From positions 930,001 to 994,000 of the forward strand of contig NW_024704771.1 of the NCBI RefSeq assembly GCF_018977255.1: a stretch of DNA of 64,000 nucleotides, in the 5' to 3' direction. A model generated the notes under the pieces. It was not told the origin of the DNA, ran no database searches, and saw only the letters and a program-made list of their open reading frames with translations. This document shows positions 59,501-64,000 of the stretch, one piece after another. A program made the translations under genes and the position numbers. Source of the stretch: Callorhinchus milii (taxonomy: Eukaryota). Positions within the stretch are counted from its first letter, which is position 1, and every line of letters begins with the position of its first letter.

Positions 59501-62458
59501 CCGCTGGTGTGCCAATCTAAGCAGTTCCTGTTGGAATTGTCCTGGCCCTTCCTTTAACTGTAGGGCATAATAGTATTGTGGTTCCCCCCTTTCTTGGATA
59601 ATTAGGGTATCTTCAATTTTTTTTTTGTACGTAACCTTAACTGCTTCCCATCGGTCGTCACCCATAGGTATCACTCCTAACTTGAGTTTAGTTAACACAT
59701 CTCTCCCTAGTAAATTAACCGGGCATGTCATTGATATAACCACTTGTGCTTCTACAGTCTCTTTATTCTTGTAACAGAATTCAAGAGGTTCCGTGACGCA
59801 TTGTGTTTCTAAGTCTCCGGACGCTGACCGAATATCAATTTTTTCCTGACTCTTTTTATAAGGAAAAGTTGCGTCTCTCATCGTAATAACCGTTCTACAT
59901 GCTCCTGAATCGCATAAAAACGGTATGTCAATTCCATTCACTCTTAATGTCAACCAAGCACTCCCAGGAGACTGTATTAACGCCAATATACGTTCAGTCT
60001 CCTCTCTCTCCTCCTCTCCTTCTTCTTCGGGCTTTTGGGACTTCCACCGGTTTGGACAATCCCTTGCCCAGTGTCCCATTTTCCCACAAACATAACATTC
60101 TCCCCCATTATTGTTCTTTTGCTTCCTCTTTCTATTCTGCCATGGTTGTTTATTAACTTCTTGTGATATAAATCCCTCATTATGCCTATTATTCCTCTTC
60201 TCTTCCCTTGTTATTCGTTCAAAATGGATGGCATGATCTAATACTGGCTGGAGTGCCCCTGTACTCCATGTTATTAGATGTTGTTTTACCAATTTTGAAA
60301 TATGGGGCACCATTCCCGCCAGAAATGCATTCTTAATTTGTTGTGCCCAAACTCCAGTATCATCATGTGGATGTGGTGGTTCGATTCCACTATTGGAATT
60401 AAACACCTTGCGCAATCGCGTATAGTATTGCATACACGTTTCGTCTTTTCCCTGAATACAATCCGTTATCGCCGAATAGTTACATCTGGCTCTATAAAAT
60501 GTAACTATTCTCCCCATTAATTGGTCGAAGGGTCCCCAATAATCATGCTGGGAGCGGTTTGCTGCTACCGGTGGACGGTCATACATTCTTGGTGCTCCCT
60601 CATTGTCTAATGCTGTCCAATCTCCCCCGACCTGACACCATTCCTGACGCAACACCTCTCTTATGCACTGCTCGGTTTCTAAACTATTTAGCCTGTAACT
60701 TGCCATGGTTTGATACATAAAATCTCGAAATTCGGTTCCCCCTTGATTGGGATGGGGACAGGCGATCATTGCCCTCTTAACATCCTCCATTCCCCATGCC
60801 CTATACACGTACTGGGTGTTCCCCTGTCCGTCTGCCACTTGTATCATTGGGAAATTCCCTGCTGTTCCTACATTTACCTGCATAGGTGGGTTTGAAGGGG
60901 AGCTCGGGAGTGCGGATTTGTTTTGATAATTATCATGGAGCCATCTGACATATGGGTCAGCATTGTTTGGCGTCCTCGGATTATATGCTCGGTTTAAAGG
61001 TGCCGTGGGCTGTTCTGACCCATACGCTGGTGGAGCACCATGCCCATTTTCCGGGCGTTGAGAGGCTGGAGTCTCTAAATCCTCCTTCCCTGTGTAAGCC
61101 AATAGTTTTGTTTTGGTTTCTGTCAATTCACCCAGCCGTCGATATTCCGTGGCTTTCATATGCCATACTTGTGCTTCCCCATAATGATATTTCAATTGTT
61201 TTTTCTTATCATCTCCACTTTTCTCTTTTATTTTATTCAATAATTCTTGTGTACTCTCAGGTTTTAATCGCCCATCAAATCCAAATTTACGTTTCCACAT
61301 TGTTTCCCAATCACCACTTCCTTCTACTACCTTATTCATAACCTTCGCATTTCGACTCACTAATTCTCGGGTTTCTTTCTTACAACAACTGCTGCGACAG
61401 TCCCCTTTACTGCCTACACACCCCATTCTTGCAGAATTTAAAATGATCTCGTCACTTACCCTTTCCTAGGTGAGTCAGTCTCGACCTCTACGTACCAGCC
61501 TCTAGATCCTCTTCGATCCCTGGTGTCCGATTCCTCCGGACCTGACTATACTCACCCGAAGGCGTAAGATATTGAGATCCCGGACGAGCCCCCAATGTTG
61601 GATAATTTTCCGTTTCTACCTTCTTTGTATACTTCTGCAATTGGATGTTAGTTCATTCAAGCAATAAACACAGTCACACAGTTCAATCACTAAGAGTACA
61701 TTTATTCAACTAACTCAGGACCAGTCAGTTCAGTCTGGTACAGAGTTAGGGTCGTAGCTTCACCAAGCTGACGACCCCGTTGTAGGATTCAACAATGGCA
61801 TTTATACAAGTATGGGGAGGATCCTTCTCCTCCAATCGTTAGATTTGGTCATAGGTGACAATGTGGTCGAGACATAGGATGTGTATTGGGCAACTATCCA
61901 TTGTCTCATACTCCAAGGCTGCGGTTAGTCTGCGCATATATCTGTTGATTCGGGTTTACTTCCTTCATGGAACCAGTCTGCGCATACATCTGTTGATTCG
62001 GGCTTACTTCCTTCATGGAATCAGTCGTAACTCGTTCCATGCAGTTGAGCTGCACGTTTCTAAGATCAGATAACACAGTCTGCCAAGCTTCTCATTGCAG
62101 GGTTTACTAAAGGTTATAATTTGTGCCTTTTTATCCATCAACAGCTACATGTCTTAATGATAACAGCTGACAACATTCTGCTTTCTTACAGGTTACGAGG
62201 AGGTTCTCACAGAATTAGGTAAGGTATTTGGGTCAGTTTGATAAAGAGCCATTCTGTCACTCCCCTTTCCCCGAATAAATGTTAAAATATATTAATGGGG
62301 AGCGGGAGCGAGGAGGGGAATATAAAGCAGTTTGGGGAACAGAGAAAATGTGACTGGCAAAACCGTATAAAACCATCCTCATCAAATAAATCTATACCAA
62401 CTGAACTTCCTTTATTTTACAGAAAAGACCCAATTTGGGTTGTACAGAAGTTATGCAG
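44466..62458 (+). CDS. Butyrophilin-like gene copy 2 (spliced; open through all visible exons; 3' end probably beyond the window)
   Basis: SP, IgV, IgC, TM and eight phase-1 mini-exons join without stops. Confidence 0.85.
45369..45716 (+). CDS. BTN-like copy 2 IgV exon
   Basis: 348 nt, IgV motifs, canonical splice sites. Confidence 0.95.
46390..46665 (+). CDS. BTN-like copy 2 IgC exon
   Basis: 276 nt, [10 protein letters not shown] motif. Confidence 0.95.
47256..47375 (+). CDS. BTN-like copy 2 TM exon
   Basis: [40 protein letters not shown]. Confidence 0.92.
47445..48735 (-). mobile_element. Degenerate L2 fragments (paralog of 4725-6050)
   Basis: Colinear and highly similar to copy 1. Confidence 0.85.
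49326..49361 (+). CDS. BTN-like copy 2 36-nt mini-exon ([12 protein letters not shown])
   Basis: ttccag acceptor and G|gtaagt donor. Confidence 0.85.
50435..50461 (+). CDS. BTN-like copy 2 27-nt mini-exon (DNELKSAKQ)
   Basis: AG/GT boundaries, open. Confidence 0.75.
50640..50666 (+). CDS. BTN-like copy 2 27-nt mini-exon (DLKYMKKTL)
   Basis: ctttag acceptor and G|gtaagt donor. Confidence 0.78.
51230..51256 (+). CDS. BTN-like copy 2 27-nt mini-exon (ELKKQFTKS)
   Basis: tttcag acceptor and G|gtactt donor. Confidence 0.75.
51665..51960 (-). mobile_element. tRNA(Ala)-derived SINE, present only in copy 2
   Basis: Reverse-complement head ggagtcctgtagctcagtggttggagcactccccttgcaagcgag; absent near 9560. 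Confidence 0.82.
52161..52187 (+). CDS. BTN-like copy 2 27-nt mini-exon (EWQVVGSCK)
   Basis: ctccag acceptor and T|gtaagt donor. Confidence 0.72.
52197..52688. repeat. 25-bp minisatellite, uninterrupted in copy 2
   Basis: Same unit as 9683-12815, without the L2. Confidence 0.95.
53030..53382 (-). mobile_element. tRNA-derived SINE
   Basis: Reverse-complement head gagtcctgtagctcagtggttagagcactcgcc. Confidence 0.8.
53492..53518 (+). CDS. BTN-like copy 2 27-nt mini-exon (FKARIHSYA)
   Basis: tttccag acceptor and G|gtaaga donor. Confidence 0.75.
54583..55127 (-). repeat. 3' LTR (545 bp)
   Basis: TG..CA ends with imperfect 10-bp IR (TGTTGGATAA / TTATCCATCA); minus-strand TATAAA (~54790) and AATAAA (~54690). 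Confidence 0.97.
55128..55140 (-). promoter_or_regulatory. Polypurine tract (AAAAGGAGGGAA)
   Basis: Abuts the 3' LTR on the minus strand. Confidence 0.92.
55263..55963 (-). pseudogene. env: Internally deleted env: signal peptide and SU N-terminus (ORF 55963-55346) joined out of frame to the TM C-terminus (to 55263)
   Basis: [16 protein letters not shown] leader, CWVC motif and N-glycosylation sequons; second frame gives [34 protein letters not shown] (membrane anchor). No furin site, fusion peptide, ISD or CX6CC seen. Confidence 0.9.
55979..59074 (-). CDS. pol: Pol (RT - RNase H - integrase), uninterrupted, in frame with the upstream ORF after a single TGA
   Basis: RT ([22 protein letters not shown]), RNase H (FVDGS, AELVAL, YTDS), IN ([24 protein letters not shown]). 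Confidence 0.96.
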   Translation of the reverse strand: MLGVEIEQEAELNALPDALWSKGSADVGLIKGIEPIKIIPKGTHRPYQRQYPMKPEAIEGIEPIIKELKEKGIIVDCPDSPCNTPLFPVKKVAPSQGWRLVQDLQAVNKAVIPRTPVVPDPNTLLNNLRPDTAWFTVIDLANAFFSIPVDKASQFWFAFTFLGRKYTYTRCPQGFVESPAIFSQCMESNLAKFEPPGGSQVLLYVDDILICSPSNEICRQDSLACLKFLGEWGHKVSRKKLQYCLPEVKYLGHAISREGKSLLKDRKLAIMQAPRPETKQQMMSFLGMTNFCRAWISSYAELTQPLLGLIYDAPMKAQDAIEWNPEAIKAFEIIKTILSGAETLAHPDPARPYTQTVCVKNGFMASVLLQPFGTRMRPVAYYSHRLDPVARGLPCCLQAVEAAALAVRASLPLVLYQPLKLLVPHAVSVLLLQTKHAFLSPARQLSCMATLLTCPNVTIERCTVLNPATLLPVPSEGSPHDCLEETSQSVAARVDLADTRFENADVTYFVDGSCKKDTGGRSQSSYAVCTQDTVIEAARLPAGYSAQMAELVALTRACVLGKGKVVNIYTDSQYAHSTCHIFAGQWRNRGMVTSTGKPICHADLILNLIDALQLPKQLAILKCVAHTSAKDLVSKGNAFADKTAQAVPLAEVLVSQTPPSIDMALIKAMQSEAGTLEKRGWKNMGCKLNTFGIWVGNTGLPVLPRSLFPIAAGLSHGKCHVSKGGMRTMIDQQYTTFGLTTYLQKFCQQCITCLRNNPQGQLKCKQGKIPLAKEPFSHWMMDFIHLNVCEGKKYCLVMVCPFSGWVEAFPTTHVDAVTVAKILCREIIPRWGIPRILYSDNGPEFKNEVLRNVGIHLGITLKNHCAYHPESAGMVERHNGTLKNKLKKAMETTGKGWVACLPLALTSMRITPGSKKLSPYEIVMGRAYYMPQLGERTELEEAGLAGYMKKMFQNKMTMRNVLPPQELNENTEPCPLQPGDWTLIKDIKRKHWHQPKWTGPYQVLLTTPTAVRIAERNTWVHVSHCKKTSPL
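59075..61426 (-). CDS. gag-pro: Gag-Pro-2H polyprotein, 783 aa (myristoylation Gly2, CA, single CCHC knuckle, aspartic protease, 2H-phosphoesterase-like domain)
   Basis: MGCVGS N-terminus; [14 protein letters not shown] (60056-60097); FLCDSGA (59903-59911) and NLLGRDVL; HCT (59459-59461) and HVS (59279-59281). Confidence 0.95.
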   Translation of the reverse strand: MGCVGSKGDCRSSCCKKETRELVSRNAKVMNKVVEGSGDWETMWKRKFGFDGRLKPESTQELLNKIKEKSGDDKKKQLKYHYGEAQVWHMKATEYRRLGELTETKTKLLAYTGKEDLETPASQRPENGHGAPPAYGSEQPTAPLNRAYNPRTPNNADPYVRWLHDNYQNKSALPSSPSNPPMQVNVGTAGNFPMIQVADGQGNTQYVYRAWGMEDVKRAMIACPHPNQGGTEFRDFMYQTMASYRLNSLETEQCIREVLRQEWCQVGGDWTALDNEGAPRMYDRPPVAANRSQHDYWGPFDQLMGRIVTFYRARCNYSAITDCIQGKDETCMQYYTRLRKVFNSNSGIEPPHPHDDTGVWAQQIKNAFLAGMVPHISKLVKQHLITWSTGALQPVLDHAIHFERITREEKRNNRHNEGFISQEVNKQPWQNRKRKQKNNNGGECYVCGKMGHWARDCPNRWKSQKPEEEGEEEREETERILALIQSPGSAWLTLRVNGIDIPFLCDSGACRTVITMRDATFPYKKSQEKIDIRSASGDLETQCVTEPLEFCYKNKETVEAQVVISMTCPVNLLGRDVLTKLKLGVIPMGDDRWEAVKVTYKKKIEDTLIIQERGEPQYYYALQLKEGPGQFQQELLRLAHQRVMEQSDFHLPEDLHCTMWYREKGGSSLPYERHFKLGSSTRLTIQCIYWNATDMGGKVLLQPLDDQLYQGEGNPHVSIAKRCKKSWQQVGNLVDCGIKAQDWEETQDAGIWYSPRTGLYSQCLNWVYQCERVRKMHSGKMVP
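61577..61594 (-). promoter_or_regulatory. Primer-binding site for tRNA-Pro (TGGGGGCTCGTCCGGGAT)
   Basis: 18-nt canonical tRNA-Pro PBS, 1 nt downstream of the 5' LTR. Confidence 0.95.
61596..62140 (-). repeat. 5' LTR (545 bp)
   Basis: Same length as the 3' LTR; 4 substitutions seen by eye. Confidence 0.97.
62192..62218 (+). CDS. BTN-like copy 2 27-nt mini-exon after the ERV (GYEEVLTEL)
   Basis: ctttcttacag acceptor and G|gtaagg donor; phase 1, open. Confidence 0.7.
   Translation, partial: VTRRFSQN
62423..62458 (+). CDS. BTN-like copy 2 36-nt mini-exon ([12 protein letters not shown])
   Basis: ttttacag acceptor and GCAG|gtaaga donor; 3' end and following intron resemble 53492-53560. Confidence 0.68.
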
Positions 62459-62854
62459 GTAAGATATTTAATATCATATAAAGTGTGAAATTCAGAAATC
62501 CTTGACAGACCACAGGGTAACAATCTGTATCTGCCACCTGTCTACCAACCGTGCGATCCTATCAGTGCACTCTCACAGAGGTAGGAAGGAGCAAAGCCGT
62601 TGAAGGTGAAGATGAGATTTTTGAACTCGTTCCTGTGGAGGATGGGGAGTCAGTGGAGCCGGGCGAGGGTGGGGGTGACAGGGTTTGGGAGAGGACACAA
62701 GCTGCAGAATTCTGGATGATACCGCTCCACAAAGACCCTCACACACACAATCTCACCCTCTCCCACAAAAACATACACGGACATCCACCACACACATCCT
62801 CACCTCCCCTCCACATACACACACCTTCACCTGCCCCTCAGACACATCCTGACA

Positions 62855-64000
62855 AACAACAACTTGGATTTGTATAGTGCCCTCCATACCGGATGGCGTC
62901 TCAGAGCGCTTCACAGTAACAGATCCTGGTGTCAAGTGAGGGGGAAGAAGGTGACCAAAGGCACGGTCAAAAGAAAGGTCTTTAGCCGAGACCTAAAAGC
63001 AGGAAGGGAGGGCACAAGGCGAAGGGAGTGAGGAAGGGAGTTCCAGAGCCTCAGGGCATAGTGGCTGAAGGCACAGCTGCCAATGGTGGAGCGGAGGAAT
63101 CGGGGGACAAGGAGGAGGCCAGACCCGGTGAAGCGAAGGCAACGGGCATTGTTGTGAGGAGAGAGGTCAGAAAGGTAGGGGCAGAGGAGTGGAGGGATTC
63201 AAAGACAAGATGGAGGGATCTGGGACAGGCAGCCAGTTCAGTCTGGCAAGGATTGGGGTAATCGGGGAGCGGAGTTTGGTGCGGGTGAGAAAGTGGGCGG
63301 CAGAATTCTGGATGACCTGGATTTTATGAATAGTAATGGAGGGGAGACCGGTAAGGAGGGCATTTGAATAGTCCAGCCGAGAGGTGACAAAGGTATGGAC
63401 CAGGGATTTAGCGGCTTTTGGGGTGAGATATTGGTGGAGACGGGCGATGCGTCGGAGGTGGAAGAAAGCGGTGCTGGTGTGGGGAAGGGTTTGGAGAGTT
63501 TTAGGGGAAGGTCGGGTAGGTGGAGGAGGTGGGAACCGTGCCATTTAAGACATTGATGAGAGCCAAAGAGTATGGCTTCTGTCTTGTCAACATTCAGCTG
63601 AAGGAAATTCGCGCTCATCCAGCTCTTGAGGTCTGACAGGCAGCTGACAGAACATCAGGGGACTGGGGGTCGCAAAGTGAGGTGGAAAAATAGAGTTGGG
63701 TGTCGTCCGCATACATGTGGAAGTGTATTCCATCTCTGCAGATGACATTCCCAAGAGGGAGCATATAGATTAGGGAGAGGGCCAAGAATGGTTCCTTGGG
63801 GTAACCCTCAGGTAACCGAGTGAGAGCGGGAGGAAAAGCCGTTTGTGCAGATGTACTGCTGGAAGTTCGTGAGGTAGGACTCAAACCAGGAGAGTGCGGT
63901 CACACTGAGATGGATGGCGGAGGAAAGGTGGTGGAGGAGGATGTTGTGATCAACTGTGTCAAAGGCAGCAGAGAGGTCCAGGAGGACAAGGAGGCAGAGG
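62855..64000 (-). mobile_element. L2 LINE 3' portion (continues beyond the window)
   Basis: HTFVTSRLDYSNALL, MSANFLQLNVDKTEAIL, HMYADDTQLY; L2 tail at 62855. Confidence 0.9.

Larger units (their letters stand above)
54583..62140 (-). mobile_element. Endogenous retrovirus (class I, epsilon/gamma-like), 7,558-bp provirus with env deletion
   Basis: Two 545-bp LTRs, ACAGC TSD (54578-54582 and 62141-62145), PBS, PPT, gag-pro, pol, env remnant. Confidence 0.98.

Noticed and set aside
61427-61576. Epsilonretrovirus-style accessory ORFs (e.g. retroviral cyclin) in the leader or after env
   Set aside because: The leader is only ~170 nt and env abuts the PPT; there is no room for such ORFs.

Overview
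Vertebrate genomic DNA, most likely a cartilaginous fish (inferred from the L2/CR1 LINE and tRNA-SINE content and the style of the BTN and TRIM genes). The window holds an immune-gene cluster: two segmentally duplicated butyrophilin-like genes on + (copy 1 ~1.6-13.6 kb; copy 2 from 44.5 kb, probably continuing past the window end). Each has signal peptide, IgV, IgC and TM exons plus a run of 27/36-nt cytoplasmic mini-exons. Between them lie a decayed TRIM gene (RING/B-box/coiled-coil/PRY), a dead pogo/Tigger transposon, L2/CR1/SINE fragments and minisatellites. A young 7,558-bp endogenous retrovirus (545-bp LTRs differing at about 4 sites, 5-bp TSD, tRNA-Pro PBS) sits antisense in an intron of BTN copy 2. 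Its most unusual features are (i) a 2H-phosphoesterase-like domain (HCT...HVS) after the protease and (ii) Gag-Pro-2H encoded as one ORF, separated from an intact in-frame RT-RNaseH-IN ORF by a single TGA-C, instead of the usual stop between NC and PR. Env is internally deleted. All calls come from reading and aligning by eye; no searches were run.
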